Origin: Roseibacillus sp.
GTDB lineage: Bacteria; Verrucomicrobiota; Verrucomicrobiia; Verrucomicrobiales; Akkermansiaceae
Length of the DNA: 64,000 nt
Assembly: GCA_051251855.1 (NCBI GenBank)
Contig: JBPOGI010000001.1
Coordinates: 992,001 to 1,056,000, forward strand
Direction of reading: 5' to 3'
Positions within the stretch are counted from its first letter, which is position 1. The number at the start of each line of letters is the position of its first letter. The notes beneath the pieces are model-generated. The model made no database searches and was not told where the DNA came from. It saw only the letters and a program-made list of their open reading frames with translations. Positions 39,127 through 50,052 of the stretch are shown here, piece by piece. Made by a program: the position numbers and the translations under genes.

Positions 39127-40653
39127 ATGAAACGAAAGAATGCCCTTCTTTGGGGCTTGGTAATCTTGCTTTGCGGAGTAGGGGTCGGACTTACGATTTA
39201 CAAGAGTGGAAAATTAGGTGTTCCTTTCTTCCCTGGAAGCAAGGTGACAGCTTGGATTATCGAGGCGACAGTTCGTCTAGAGGCGAACGGGAAAGAAGTT
39301 GAGGTTGAGCTAGGGCTTCCTCCCATGAAGGAAGGGGCCGAAGTGAGGCAGGAAGTGGCTTCACTGGGATATGGTTACCAAGAGCGAAGTCTACCAAGGC
39401 AGGGACGTCGGGGGATTTGGAGTGCCCGTTCTCGATCGGGAGTGCAAAGACTCTACTACCAAATTAGCCTTGCAGAAGAAGACTTACGCCTATTGGAAGA
39501 GCAAGCGAGTTCAGCTCCTCAAGTGGAGCCAAGTAGTGTTGGCGGAAGTGCTTCTGAAATGGCGGCTCGCGAGACCTTACGACTTGAGTGCCGCGAAAAA
39601 TCAGCCAACGCCGAGACCTTTGTGAGTCAGCTGAGAGCACAACTTTTCGGAGAGATGCTCAGCCAAGAGGCGGGCTTCCTACGCCGAAGTTATGAGGCGC
39701 GGATCGGGGAGGGGTGGGAGCGTTCGCTCTTACAGGACTTCCTGCAGATGGAAGGTATTCCCTATCGAAACGCTTGGGGAGTAGTGCTCAATGAGTCGCT
39801 AGGTTCTCAACGCCCCGTTCCAATGATCGAGTTTCATGATGGCCGTAACTGGGAATCGGTGGAAGCCGTGGAAGCGCGCGAGACAGGTAAGCTCGTTGTT
39901 TGGTCACGTGGTGACTCATTGTTGGACGTGCGAGGGGGAGAGAATTCGCAAGTGTTTTTCACTACTGCCAAGAATCTTGCTCCATTGGATGCAATGGAGG
40001 CGCTCAAGGATGCCCCCGCTTGGATTGGTTCCATTTCGTCCTTGCCGGTGAATGAACGCCGAGTCTTTAGGTATATTGCATTAATTCCGGTGGGGGTTTG
40101 CTTGATCGTCTTTTTAAGAAATATTGTGGGTTTCAATATGTTAGGCACGTTTATGCCGGTTCTTTTAGCTTTGTCCTTTTTGGAGATGCCGTTGGGGCCC
40201 GCGTTGCTGATGTTTGCCCTTCTCTTGACTGCTGGGCTAGCATTTCGATTCTTCTTAAGCCGCCTCAACTTGCTCGTGGTGCCGAGGGTGGCGGCGTGTG
40301 TGGTGGTCGTGAGTTTATTGATGATCATGTTTGGTCTCTTTAGCTGGCGAATGGGGATGGCGGTCGGCTTACAGGTAACAGTGTTTCCAATGGTGGTTCT
40401 TGCATGGACCATTGAGCGGATGTCGTTGCTTTGGGATGAGGAGGGACCAGTGGCGGCTTTGGCCCAAGCTGGCGGAAGTGTTCTGGCTGCTGTTTTGGCT
40501 TATCTCTTAATGCGGATTAGGGTCGTCGATTATTGGGCTCAGTATTTCCCGGAACTACTTTTGATTCTATTAGCAGGAATTATTTTGATTGGGCGATACA
40601 CTGGTTACCGACTTTCTGAGTTGGTGAGATTTAAGAGTTTCCCGAAATCATGA
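39127..40653 (+). CDS. Inactive-transglutaminase-like domain fused to 7 TM helices
   Basis: C-terminal LRNIVGFNMLGTFMPVLLA, LLVVPRVA, FPMVVLAWTIERMSLLWDEEG, GRYTGYRLSELVRF. Confidence 0.87.
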   Translation: MKRKNALLWGLVILLCGVGVGLTIYKSGKLGVPFFPGSKVTAWIIEATVRLEANGKEVEVELGLPPMKEGAEVRQEVASLGYGYQERSLPRQGRRGIWSARSRSGVQRLYYQISLAEEDLRLLEEQASSAPQVEPSSVGGSASEMAARETLRLECREKSANAETFVSQLRAQLFGEMLSQEAGFLRRSYEARIGEGWERSLLQDFLQMEGIPYRNAWGVVLNESLGSQRPVPMIEFHDGRNWESVEAVEARETGKLVVWSRGDSLLDVRGGENSQVFFTTAKNLAPLDAMEALKDAPAWIGSISSLPVNERRVFRYIALIPVGVCLIVFLRNIVGFNMLGTFMPVLLALSFLEMPLGPALLMFALLLTAGLAFRFFLSRLNLLVVPRVAACVVVVSLLMIMFGLFSWRMGMAVGLQVTVFPMVVLAWTIERMSLLWDEEGPVAALAQAGGSVLAAVLAYLLMRIRVVDYWAQYFPELLLILLAGIILIGRYTGYRLSELVRFKSFPKS

Positions 40654-41654
40654 CTGCAAAGTGGTGGCACCGTTGGTTTTTAACACCTGGCGAATTGAGT
40701 CGCCTAGGGGTGGTGGGTATCAACGCGCGCAATGGTCGCTACCTTTTGCCCAATAATTCACGGAAGTACTATCGCACAGTCGATGACAAGGTGATGACCA
40801 AGAAGTTGTCCATCGAAATGGAGATTCCGGTTCCCGAACTCTACGGAACGATCGATAGCCCAGGTGGACTCAAAAACATTGGTAAACTGGTCGAGGGTAA
40901 AGACGCCTTTGTGATTAAGCCGGCCCGAGGAAGCGGAGGGAAGGGGGTGCTCGTGATCCAGGGGCGTTCCGGTGATGCTTTTCTAAAAGGCAGTGGAAGT
41001 TCATTGACGTTGGAAGAGGTGCGGTTCCATGTCTCAAACATTTTAGGTGGACTCTTCAGTTTGGGAGGTCAGCGCGATGTTGCGATGGTGGAGCAATATA
41101 TCGCGTGTGCTGATGAGGTGATGGCGATGAGCTATCGTGGAGCGCCCGATGTGAGGGTGGTCATGCTGCATGGATATCCAGTCATGGCGATGTTGAGAGT
41201 CGCGACCAAAGAGTCAGATGGTCGAGCAAACCTGCACCAAGGAGCGATTGGAATTGGTATAGATTTGGAGACGGGAATTAGCCATCATGCGGTGTGCCAT
41301 GGGGAACCGATCGAGACTCATCCTGACCTTGGAACACCTCTGTTAGGCCAACAAATACCGGATTGGGAAACCGTGTTGAAGCTAGCAGGACTTTGTTATG
41401 AAATGACTCATCTCGGTTACCTAGGAGCCGATATCATGATCGGTAAAGGGGTAGGACCAATGATTATTGAGGTAAATGCTCGGCCAGGTCTCGCGATTCA
41501 GCTGGCGAACGGGGAAGGGCTCCGTAACCGGTTTCAGATTGTGCACGACGAGGCCCTTCGGATGCAGCGCACGGCGTCGCTGGAGGAGAGAATCGACTTT
41601 TCCCGTGGTAAGCTCGTTCATCTCGCTCTGAAGGCAAAGAAGAGCCTAGTCTGA
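40650..41654 (+). CDS. Alpha-L-glutamate ligase-like ATP-grasp protein (RimK-related)
   Basis: GINARN, VDDKVMTK, FVIKPARGSGGKG, PDVRV, RANLHQG, YLGAD, IEVNARPGLAIQLANG. Confidence 0.92.
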   Translation: MTAKWWHRWFLTPGELSRLGVVGINARNGRYLLPNNSRKYYRTVDDKVMTKKLSIEMEIPVPELYGTIDSPGGLKNIGKLVEGKDAFVIKPARGSGGKGVLVIQGRSGDAFLKGSGSSLTLEEVRFHVSNILGGLFSLGGQRDVAMVEQYIACADEVMAMSYRGAPDVRVVMLHGYPVMAMLRVATKESDGRANLHQGAIGIGIDLETGISHHAVCHGEPIETHPDLGTPLLGQQIPDWETVLKLAGLCYEMTHLGYLGADIMIGKGVGPMIIEVNARPGLAIQLANGEGLRNRFQIVHDEALRMQRTASLEERIDFSRGKLVHLALKAKKSLV

Positions 41655-42545
41655 GCACTTACTTTTTGGCTCGTTGAAGTTCTGGCTGAAGACAGCCGAA
41701 ACTAGGTCGAGACTGGCAAAGTCCATGATAAGAATGCCCGGAGGCATTTGTGTGTTTGAGAGATGTAATAGGAGGCGCTGGTTGACCCTGTTGCTGATTG
41801 CGGTGATGTTTGGGATTCCCAGCTTCCCCTTCGTGTAGCCACTCGTGAAGTTGAGGGAAAGATGGTTAGGGTGTTTCAACGAATCCTGCCAAAGCTCTGC
41901 AATAAGGTTCCATTTTTCTTCGCCGCTCGAGAGCTGAAATCGGTCTTGGATGAGAAGGCGCTTGCTACGGTGGACACCGCGGTGTCCCCAATTGGTGCCA
42001 TCTATTCCTAGGAGCTTTCTTGCGGGAAAGCGGCGAATAAGAACTGCTTGTCCTCTTACTTGCCCAAGATCGGGCAACTTGGAACCAAGATGCCAGAGGG
42101 ATCTTCTGTGAGAGAAATAGGTTCGCGCGGTTTCCTCAAAGGATCGGGAATTCTGAGAGGGCTTGGAAGTTTCTTGGATCGATACAAGAACGAACTCGCT
42201 AGGATTCTCTTTAAGGAAACTGATGAGCGTTTCCTGCAGCTCAGCAAAGGTCTGTTTTTGGGGAATGAGACCATGATAAAGCAAAAAACCGTCCTCTTCG
42301 TGGCGGCAGCGGATGTCAAGAAAGCGCACTCCTGCGTCAAGTTGCTGTCGAACCGTGAGGCTTTGGCAGCGAGCTGTGCCTAGCAAGGGTTCGAAGAGGG
42401 CAGCAGAATTATGGGTGCCTGGCAATCGAAGCTCCACTAGGGGCGTTTTGCTGGAAACCTCTTTGAGCCATTCATGACCAAAAGGAATTTCTGCCCGTAA
42501 TAGGGGCGACGCTATGAACCAGAATGCTAGCGCAATTTTTCTCAC
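41646..42545 (-). CDS. Secreted phosphatidylinositol-specific phospholipase C (PI-PLC X domain)
   Basis: LPGTHNSA, CQSLTVRQQLDAGVRFLDIR, LYHG, FLKENPSEFV, VRGQAVLIRRF, GILIMDF. Confidence 0.9.
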   Translation of the reverse strand: MRKIALAFWFIASPLLRAEIPFGHEWLKEVSSKTPLVELRLPGTHNSAALFEPLLGTARCQSLTVRQQLDAGVRFLDIRCRHEEDGFLLYHGLIPQKQTFAELQETLISFLKENPSEFVLVSIQETSKPSQNSRSFEETARTYFSHRRSLWHLGSKLPDLGQVRGQAVLIRRFPARKLLGIDGTNWGHRGVHRSKRLLIQDRFQLSSGEEKWNLIAELWQDSLKHPNHLSLNFTSGYTKGKLGIPNITAISNRVNQRLLLHLSNTQMPPGILIMDFASLDLVSAVFSQNFNEPKSKCSD

Positions 42546-42547
42546 CT

Positions 42548-43300
42548 CTAAGCCAAGGCTTCTTTGGCTGCAGCGGCGATGTAGTCGCGGTTCAGCTTGG
42601 CGATGTTATCGGCTGAAATCTCTTTAGGGCAGGCACCTTCGCACTCATACTGGTTGGTGCAATTACCGAAGCCTTCGTCGTCCATGGCGCGAACCATGGC
42701 AAGGGTGCGCTTATCTTTTTCGGGCTTTCCTTGGGGGAGCTTGTTGAGGTGTGCTGCCTTGGCTGAGACGAACAACATGGCGGAGGCATTTTTACAAGCG
42801 GCAACGCAAGCTCCGCAACCGATACAGGCCGCTGCGGAAAAGGCTTCGTCGGAAACGGTCTTGGGAATGGGAACCGAGTTGGCGTCAGGAGCGGAACCGG
42901 TCCGCACATCGATATAGCCGCCGGCGGAGACAATGCGGTCAAAAGCTGAACGATCGACAACAAGGTCGCGCACGACAGGGAAGGCGTTGGCGCGGAAGGG
43001 CTCGATCCAAATCGTTTCGCCATCTTTAAAGTGGCGCATGTGAAGCTGACAGGTGGTGATCGCCTTTTCCTCGCCATGAGGAATACCGTTGATGGTGAGC
43101 GAGCACATTCCGCAGATACCTTCGCGACAATCGTGGTCAAAGTGAATAGGATCGCCGCCGCTGGTGATGATTCCTTCGTTGACGATATCGAGCATCTCCA
43201 AGAAGGAAGCCGAGGTCGGAATGTCTTTGGCGTCGTAGGTTTCAATGTGACCCTGTGCTTCAGGGTTTTCTTGCCGCCAGACTTTGAGAGTGAGGTTCAT
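42548..43300 (-). CDS. sdhB: Succinate dehydrogenase/fumarate reductase Fe-S subunit
   Basis: [34 protein letters not shown]. Confidence 0.96.
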   Translation of the reverse strand: MNLTLKVWRQENPEAQGHIETYDAKDIPTSASFLEMLDIVNEGIITSGGDPIHFDHDCREGICGMCSLTINGIPHGEEKAITTCQLHMRHFKDGETIWIEPFRANAFPVVRDLVVDRSAFDRIVSAGGYIDVRTGSAPDANSVPIPKTVSDEAFSAAACIGCGACVAACKNASAMLFVSAKAAHLNKLPQGKPEKDKRTLAMVRAMDDEGFGNCTNQYECEGACPKEISADNIAKLNRDYIAAAAKEALA

Positions 43301-43321
43301 GTTCGGGAAAGGGTGGTTGTC

Positions 43322-45295
43322 TTATTTGTAGCTGCGGATACTGGGTTTGACGTCTTGGAAAACGAGTTCCTCCTTGTGGAGGACGGGGTCTTTACAGGCT
43401 CCAGTAAATTCCCATGCGGAGACATATTGGTATTCGTTGTCGTGGCGCTTGGCTTCGCCAATTCCGGTGCGACCGTCTTGCACTTCAGGATCGGATTCGG
43501 TGAATTGATGTTCCAGTCTGAAATGTCCGCCGCAGGACTCTTCACGTTCCAAAGCGTCGTGACAAAGGGTGTAAGCAAACTCAAAGAAGTCTGCAACGCG
43601 GCCCGCTTTCTCCAGCTCGGCGTTCATGCCATCACCGGAGCCTGGAACTCGAACATTTTTCCAGAAATCCTCGCGGATGCGGTCGATTTCTTTAAGGGCG
43701 AATTGAAGGCCTTCTTTAGTGCGAGCCATTCCACATTTGTCCCAAACGAGAAGTCCGAGTTCGCGGTGGAAGGAATCAACGGAACGAGTACCGTTGATGG
43801 AAAGAAGGGTTTCGAGCCGTTCCTTGACCGTTTTTTCGGACTCGGCAAAGGCAGGGTGGTCGGTAGTGACGGCGCCTGCTTTTTCATTGGCCAAATAGTT
43901 AGCAATGGTTGTTGGTATGACGAAGTAGCCATCGGCAAGTCCTTGCATCAGGGCGGAGGCGCCTAGGCGGTTCGCTCCGTGGTCTGAAAAATTTGCTTCC
44001 CCTAGAACATGCAACCCAGGGACATTGGACATGAGGTTGTAGTCTACCCAAAGGCCACCCATCGTATAGTGGACGGCAGGGAAAATCTGCATCGGCTGCT
44101 TGTAAGGGTTCTCTCCGGTAATCTTCTCATACATCTGGAAAAGGTTTCCGTAACGAGCGCGAATGGTGTCCTCGCCGAGGCGGTCGATGGCATCGCGGAA
44201 GTCAAGGAAGACACCCAATCCAGTAGGGGCCACTCCTAGCCCTTCGTCACAGACCTCTTTTGCAGAGCGGGATGCAATGTCGCGGGGAGCGAGGTTACCG
44301 AAAGAAGGATACTTACGCTCCAGATAGTAATCGCGATCGTCTTCGGCGATGTCAGAAGCTTTCTTTTTGCCTTTGCGAATGGCTTCTGCATCTTCCTTAC
44401 TCTTAGGAACCCAAATCCGTCCGTCATTGCGAAGAGACTCGGACATCAGGGTCAACTTGGACTGGTAGTCGCCAGAGACGGGGATGCAGGTGGGGTGGAT
44501 TTGAGTGTAACAAGGATTGGCCATGTAGGCGCCCTTCTTATGAGCCTTCCAAGCGGCCATCACGTTGCAGCCCATGGCGTTTGTGGAGAGGTAAAAAACG
44601 TTTCCATATCCGCCGGTAGCGAGGATGACGGCATCGGCAGCGTGCTTGGTGATTTCGCCGGTCTTGAGATTGCGCATCACGACACCTTTGGCATGACCGT
44701 CGACGATGACGAGGTCGAGCATCTCGGTGCGGGTGAACATTTCGACGCCGCCCTTGGCAACTTCCTTCTCGAGAGCTTGATAGCAACCGATGAGAAGTTG
44801 CTGTCCAGTTTGGCCGCGAGCGTAAAAGGTGCGGGAGACTTGGGCGCCACCAAAAGAGCGGTTGTCGAGAAGACCACCATACTCGCGAGCGAAGGGAACA
44901 CCTTGCGCGGTGCACTGGTCGATGATGTTTCCAGAGACTTCCGCGAGGCGATGAACGTTAGAGTCACGAGAACGAAAGTCGCCACCCTTGAGAGTGTCGT
45001 AAAAGAGACGGCGAATTGAGTCACCATCATTGCGATAGTTCTTAGCGGCATTAATGCCCCCTTGAGCCGCAATGGAGTGAGCGCGACGAGGAGAGTCTTG
45101 ATAGCAGAAGCACTGAACCTGATAACCTAGTTCAGAGAGAGTGGCTGCGGCGGAACCTCCTGCAAGCCCAGAGCCCACGACAATGACCTTGAATTTCCGC
45201 TTATTGGCTGGGTTGATGAGCTTGGAGTTCATCTTGTGGCTAGTCCACTTGTCGGCAAGAGGGCCATCCGGAACGTTACTATTGAGAGTGCTCAT
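43322..45295 (-). CDS. sdhA: Succinate dehydrogenase/fumarate reductase flavoprotein subunit
   Basis: [48 protein letters not shown]; likely start ATG 45295. Confidence 0.96.
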   Translation of the reverse strand: MSTLNSNVPDGPLADKWTSHKMNSKLINPANKRKFKVIVVGSGLAGGSAAATLSELGYQVQCFCYQDSPRRAHSIAAQGGINAAKNYRNDGDSIRRLFYDTLKGGDFRSRDSNVHRLAEVSGNIIDQCTAQGVPFAREYGGLLDNRSFGGAQVSRTFYARGQTGQQLLIGCYQALEKEVAKGGVEMFTRTEMLDLVIVDGHAKGVVMRNLKTGEITKHAADAVILATGGYGNVFYLSTNAMGCNVMAAWKAHKKGAYMANPCYTQIHPTCIPVSGDYQSKLTLMSESLRNDGRIWVPKSKEDAEAIRKGKKKASDIAEDDRDYYLERKYPSFGNLAPRDIASRSAKEVCDEGLGVAPTGLGVFLDFRDAIDRLGEDTIRARYGNLFQMYEKITGENPYKQPMQIFPAVHYTMGGLWVDYNLMSNVPGLHVLGEANFSDHGANRLGASALMQGLADGYFVIPTTIANYLANEKAGAVTTDHPAFAESEKTVKERLETLLSINGTRSVDSFHRELGLLVWDKCGMARTKEGLQFALKEIDRIREDFWKNVRVPGSGDGMNAELEKAGRVADFFEFAYTLCHDALEREESCGGHFRLEHQFTESDPEVQDGRTGIGEAKRHDNEYQYVSAWEFTGACKDPVLHKEELVFQDVKPSIRSYK

Positions 45296-45324
45296 AGAGT
45301 TGGAAAAATAGAGAAAAGGTGAAA

Positions 45325-46008
45325 TTAGTTGCTGCCGAAGCCGAAGATACGAATAGCAAAAGGAATGGAGAGGAAACCAATGAGGACTAGGAGAGCGTAT
45401 GCTTTGCCTGCCTTGTCGAGGATATCGCGGGTTTTGGCTGACCGGAAGCCGAGGGTTTGGAAGACAGAAGAGAAACCGTGGCTCAAGTGAGAGCAAAGGA
45501 GAACCATGGAAACAGTGTAGAAAATCACCACAAGCCAATTCTGGAATCCTACAATGACCATCTGGTAGGGACTCTCTTTAGCGATTTTAGCCAGTTCGGG
45601 GTCGACACGCACCGTGTAGTGAAGAATGTGAAAGATGATAAAAGCGAGAACGGTGAGCCCCGACCAAATCATGATTTTCGATGACCTGCTGGCTCCGATA
45701 GTCGCTTCGTGGGCGTAGGCAGGTCTGGCGGCTTTGTTTTGGCGGACAAGGGAGACCGTCGCTACAACATGGAGAATAAGGGAACCAAGAAGAACGAAAC
45801 GAGCTATCCAAATGACCGAACCGTGGCCCATGTGATGGAGAAAATAGGCGTAATCGTTGAAAGATTTCTCACCAGCAAAGATGAGCATGTTTCCTGTTAG
45901 ATGAGCCAAAAGAAAGCCAATGAAGACAAGTCCGGTAACGGCGACTACCGTCTTTTTTCCGATCGAGGAGTTCCAAAGAGAGAAGACAGATTGCGTAAGT
46001 GCGGTCAT
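45325..46008 (-). CDS. sdhC: Succinate dehydrogenase cytochrome b subunit
   Basis: [13 protein letters not shown], heme His in AHLTGN, ILH, FHILH, HLSHG; first gene of sdhCAB. Confidence 0.93.
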   Translation of the reverse strand: MTALTQSVFSLWNSSIGKKTVVAVTGLVFIGFLLAHLTGNMLIFAGEKSFNDYAYFLHHMGHGSVIWIARFVLLGSLILHVVATVSLVRQNKAARPAYAHEATIGASRSSKIMIWSGLTVLAFIIFHILHYTVRVDPELAKIAKESPYQMVIVGFQNWLVVIFYTVSMVLLCSHLSHGFSSVFQTLGFRSAKTRDILDKAGKAYALLVLIGFLSIPFAIRIFGFGSN

Positions 46009-46172
46009 GGAGTGAAAGACGGCCGAAGGTGTGCCCAGAACATGGATTTCGCAAGTGAGAATGTTGGCACTTTGTTCTGGAAGCGAGGTCTAAGGCTCTG
46101 GCGAGTCTTTTGTCATTAATCTTTTTAAAAGAATTGCCTATTTGTTAACAATTAAGTATTCTTAAGTTTGTT

Positions 46173-46793
46173 ATGAGAACCAATGCTCTCCCATCATTAC
46201 TTGTGGCGTCTGCTGGCTTCGGCTTTGCAGGCGAATCTCCCAAGCAGGCGATTATCCCTGCAGCTGTTATTCCTCAATCATCAGGTTGTCCTGAGTGTTT
46301 GAATTTTTCAGGGCTCTTCTTGGGCGCTGGAGTTGACTACTTATTTGATGCCGAGAGCGAGTATTACAATGGACGTGTGGGCTATGAGTTTGCGAACAAG
46401 AAGGGTTATTCACAATCTCTCTTCTTGGAAGTTGGTTGGATGGACAACGATGATGATTACTTGAACGGGCTCCAAGCTATTCCAGTAACTCTCAATTATG
46501 AGTATAAGCGTGCGCTCACTCGTTGTTTGAATTTTTATATTGGAGGTGGTGTTGGTGTGGCGTTTACAGACAACGACTCTGAGGTTCTCGATGATAAGGG
46601 AGCTCCTACCGGAGAATTCGATAGTCACGACGACACTGTTTTCGTGGTGCAGGCTTTCGCTGGTTTAACCTACTGCGTGACTGAAAGCGTTGAGCTTTAT
46701 GGTGGCGTTCGTTACCTCTGGTCTGACGACATCGGCGACGGTGAGGGCATTGATGACTGGTCGATCGGTGCAGGACTTCGCGTAAAGTTCTAG
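46173..46793 (+). CDS. Small outer-membrane beta-barrel protein (8-strand-type)
   Basis: Signal peptide, amphipathic strands (IPVTLNYEY, FYIGGGVG, LYGGVRY), C-terminal Phe. Confidence 0.85.
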   Translation: MRTNALPSLLVASAGFGFAGESPKQAIIPAAVIPQSSGCPECLNFSGLFLGAGVDYLFDAESEYYNGRVGYEFANKKGYSQSLFLEVGWMDNDDDYLNGLQAIPVTLNYEYKRALTRCLNFYIGGGVGVAFTDNDSEVLDDKGAPTGEFDSHDDTVFVVQAFAGLTYCVTESVELYGGVRYLWSDDIGDGEGIDDWSIGAGLRVKF

Positions 46794-46816
46794 CCAAACC
46801 TCTTCATATTTTTTTG

Positions 46817-46845
46817 GCCGATTCCATCTGGGATCGGCTTTTTTT
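46817..46845 (+). terminator. Intrinsic terminator
   Basis: GCCGATTCC-ATCT-GGGATCGGC followed by T7. Confidence 0.85.
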
Positions 46846-46850
46846 ATGCC

Positions 46851-47438
46851 CTAGTATCCACCTTTCTCAGACGCTGGGGAGGTGTGCGGGCCGTGACCAG
46901 GGTAGATGCGGGTTTCATCGGGGAGGGTTAGCAGCTTGGTTCTGATCCCTTCGAAGAGTTCTTCGTGACTGCCGCCGGGGAGGTCGGTTCGTCCTGCTCC
47001 TTGATTGAAGAGGGTGTCGCCTGCGAGAGCTAAGTTGGCTTGGGGTAATGAGTAGACGAGAGAGTCTGGCGAGTGTCCGGGAACATGCAGAAGGTCGAAG
47101 GCGAAGTTGCCGAATTGAAGGGTTTCTTTGTCCTTTAGAATGACATCGACATTGAAGTCGGGAACCTCGATGGGAAGGCCCCAAGAGCGTGCTTGTTCGT
47201 CCAGTATGAGATCGTGGGAAAAGGGAGCGTAAGCGTGGATGGGGCAAGTGAAGCGGTGGGCATCTTCGACATGGTCGAAGTGTTGATGGGTGAGGAGGAG
47301 ATAGTCGGGAGTGAGGTCTTTCTGGAGAAGCCAATCGAAAACTCCAGCAGGAGCATCGACCAGAATGGTAACGCCCCCGTCTTCGAGCAAATAGGCGTTG
47401 GTAGCGACCATGCCGCCAGTGAACATCTCAAGATTCAT
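46851..47438 (-). CDS. MBL-fold metallo-hydrolase (glyoxalase II/YcbL-like)
   Basis: LTHQHFDHV, PGHSPDS, GDTLF, GRTDLPGG, YPGHG. Confidence 0.92.
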   Translation of the reverse strand: MNLEMFTGGMVATNAYLLEDGGVTILVDAPAGVFDWLLQKDLTPDYLLLTHQHFDHVEDAHRFTCPIHAYAPFSHDLILDEQARSWGLPIEVPDFNVDVILKDKETLQFGNFAFDLLHVPGHSPDSLVYSLPQANLALAGDTLFNQGAGRTDLPGGSHEELFEGIRTKLLTLPDETRIYPGHGPHTSPASEKGGY

Positions 47439-47502
47439 GGGGGTGATCTATGAGGTGTGAAGACGCTTGTCGATAGTTTGCGGGCGGATTGTCGGCAGGC
47501 TG

Positions 47503-49023
47503 TTAGCGTCCGTCGCCGGTGTAGATGATTTTTCCGTCCTTGGGTGCTTGGGGCCAGGGAGTGGTGCCGGGCGCCCATTCTTTGGGTTGGGTGTCGCGGA
47601 TTTTTTGGACGTGGTCTTTGACCCATTGGGGAGCGTTTGCGTTTTCGTCTTGGCCATAGACCCAGGGAAGAGCGGGGCTCATGAGGCGGTCCATCCCTTC
47701 GAGAGGAGGACGTTCTTTAGCGGCTTGGTCGAGGATGGCTTGGAGGCTGGCGACGATGTCGGGGTGCTTGTCGGCGATATTGGTTTTCTCGCTCGGGTCC
47801 TCTGCGATATTGAAGAGTTCTTCGCCAAGAAGCTTGTAGTCGCCGCGCAAGATGCAGGGAGGACGCACGGAGCCGGAGATTTCGAAGATAATTTCGTCGC
47901 GAGGGCTTTGCTTTCCTTCGAAGAGGGCGGGTAGCATGCTGAGACCGTCGAGGGGACGTTCTTGTTTGAGGCTGCCGCCACCAAGTTCGACGAACATGTT
48001 GTAGAGATCCACGATGTGGAAGACGGCTTCGTTCTCGCCGCCTGCTTTGACTTTTTCAGGCCAGCGCATCACGAAGGGAACGCGGACGCCTCCTTCGAAA
48101 TTGGTGTTCTTGGTGCCACGGAAGGGAGCGTTCATTTCTTCGCGAAGACCGCCATTGTCGTTGGCAAAAATGACGACGGTGTTGTCACCGAAACCAGCTT
48201 GGTCGACGGCTCCCACGATGCGGCCGACGGCGTCGTCGAGGCATTTGAGGGCGGCATAGCGCTTGTCGAGGGTGTCGGTGTAGCGGGGGATTTCTTCTAG
48301 TGGACCGTGAACAGCGTTGAAGGGCACGTAGAAAAAGAAGGGCTTGTCGGCGGTTTGTTCGCCGATGAGACGAACGGTCTCGTTGGCGATGAGGTCGGTG
48401 GCGTAGCCTTGCTCAAAGACGGGCTTCTGGTCGCGGTGCCAGTCGTAGACCGCGTAGCGTGCGGGGGCGTTGTGCGGGATGGTGTAATTGTTGTAGTCGA
48501 TGCCCCAGCCATAGTGGCCGTATTGATGGTCGAAGCCTTGTCCCATGGGAAGGTTTTCGGGCAGCCACTCGCCGCAATGCCACTTGCCAATCATGCCAGT
48601 GGTGTAGCCGACTTCTTTGAGAGCTTCGGCGACGGTGCGCTCTTCGGTGGCAAGGGCGTGAATGCGTCGGGTCTCGTCACCTTCATCGTTTTTGACGAGC
48701 TCCATATCTAACATTGCGAGGTAGCTGGGCTTGCCGAAGTCCTCTGAGCGCCAGTCACTCCAAGTCCGGAAAGCATAGCGTCCGGTGAGAAAGGCGGAGC
48801 GAGTGGGCGCACAAACAGCATGGACATAAAATCGGGTGTAGCTGGTGCCTTCTTGGCGCAGCTTGTCGATATGCGGAGTGTGGTTGGGGTCGCCACCGTT
48901 GAAGCCGGGTTCGTTCCATCCCATATCATCGGAGAGGATGAAGACGATGTTGGGACGGGTGCCTGCGACTTCGGCGTGAAGGACAGGCGAGAGGAGAGCG
49001 AGAGCGCAGAGAAGTGTTTTCAT
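47503..49023 (-). CDS. Formylglycine-dependent arylsulfatase
   Basis: Signal peptide, RPNIVFILSDDMG, CAPTRSAFLTGR (CxPxR), GKWH, NDNGG, EGGVRVP. Confidence 0.93.
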   Translation of the reverse strand: MKTLLCALALLSPVLHAEVAGTRPNIVFILSDDMGWNEPGFNGGDPNHTPHIDKLRQEGTSYTRFYVHAVCAPTRSAFLTGRYAFRTWSDWRSEDFGKPSYLAMLDMELVKNDEGDETRRIHALATEERTVAEALKEVGYTTGMIGKWHCGEWLPENLPMGQGFDHQYGHYGWGIDYNNYTIPHNAPARYAVYDWHRDQKPVFEQGYATDLIANETVRLIGEQTADKPFFFYVPFNAVHGPLEEIPRYTDTLDKRYAALKCLDDAVGRIVGAVDQAGFGDNTVVIFANDNGGLREEMNAPFRGTKNTNFEGGVRVPFVMRWPEKVKAGGENEAVFHIVDLYNMFVELGGGSLKQERPLDGLSMLPALFEGKQSPRDEIIFEISGSVRPPCILRGDYKLLGEELFNIAEDPSEKTNIADKHPDIVASLQAILDQAAKERPPLEGMDRLMSPALPWVYGQDENANAPQWVKDHVQKIRDTQPKEWAPGTTPWPQAPKDGKIIYTGDGR

Positions 49024-49045
49024 AAGGTTGTGGGAAAGTGAGATG

Positions 49046-49945
49046 TTAGACGTCGCAGATACTGATGGCTTCTTGGAGGCCTTTCAAAGGGTCGCCGACG
49101 GGGAGCCATTCGTGTCCGATATAGCCGGTGTAGCCAGTGGCGAGGATGGCTTTCATGAGGCCGCGGTAATTGATTTCTTGGTCGTCGCCGATTTCGCCAC
49201 GACCGGGGTTGCCGGCAATTTGGACGTGGGCGATGAGGTCTTTGTTTTCTTGGAATCGTTTGATGAGGTCGCCATCCATGACTTGAATATGATAGGCATC
49301 GAAGAGGAGTTTGAAGTTGGGTGAGTTGACGGCCTTGATGATTTCGAGGCAAGTGTCCATGTGGTCGCCTTGGTAGCCGGGGTGACCCTTCATGGCTTCG
49401 TCGTTGCGGGTGTTGAGGGGCTCAAGAATGAGGGTGACTCCAGCTTTTTCGGCGATGGGGGCCATTCGCTGGTAGCCTTCAACACAGCTAGCAAAGCCTT
49501 CTTCGGGGGTGACTTTGCTGCCGTTTTCTTCGGAAGAGGTGTCGAGTAGGCCGGTGAAGGTCATGACGTTGGGGAAGCCAGCTTCGGAGGTGGCGGCGAT
49601 GGCTTTTTCGAGAGTGGCAAAGACTTCAGCGTGGTGGCCCTTGTTGTTCATGCCGCGAACGAAGGTGTGGGATTTAGTGGCGCCGCAGACGAGTCCGGTG
49701 CCTTTAAGGAGAGGGAGGTCTTCGGCGGGGAAGAGCTCGATGCCGGCTACGCCGAGGTTTTGAGCGTGTTTGATGAGTTCTTGGTGGGTCCAGCCAGCTT
49801 TGGTCATAAAGGGCCAGGCGGCGATGACCTGCTTGAGATTGCCTTTGAGCTTGGTGGGAGCTTCTTTTTCGGCCCCTGTGAGGAGGGAGGGGCTGGCGGC
49901 GGCGCAGGTGGCGAGAAATCGTCGTCGATTGGTAGATAGGCTCAT
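49046..49945 (-). CDS. Tat-exported hydroxypyruvate isomerase family TIM-barrel protein
   Basis: NRRRFL Tat motif after ATG 49945; LEPLN, LLFDAYHIQ, HVQIAGNPGRGE, GYIGHEW. Confidence 0.87.
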   Translation of the reverse strand: MSLSTNRRRFLATCAAASPSLLTGAEKEAPTKLKGNLKQVIAAWPFMTKAGWTHQELIKHAQNLGVAGIELFPAEDLPLLKGTGLVCGATKSHTFVRGMNNKGHHAEVFATLEKAIAATSEAGFPNVMTFTGLLDTSSEENGSKVTPEEGFASCVEGYQRMAPIAEKAGVTLILEPLNTRNDEAMKGHPGYQGDHMDTCLEIIKAVNSPNFKLLFDAYHIQVMDGDLIKRFQENKDLIAHVQIAGNPGRGEIGDDQEINYRGLMKAILATGYTGYIGHEWLPVGDPLKGLQEAISICDV

Positions 49946-50052
49946 TCGGGAAGAGTATGTGCACTGGAATCGCTTTTGTGCAGTCAGAAAAGAAGGGCTG
50001 ACGGCGAAACTTGCTCTTGTCGGTAGCGCGGGGTTTGCGCAGGCTTTTGCCG

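Noticed and set aside
43031..45538. Antisense ORF 43031..43966 and the 81-aa upstream extension of sdhA
   Set aside because: The first is a shadow of sdhA/sdhB; the extension overlaps sdhC and precedes the natural MSTLNS start at 45295
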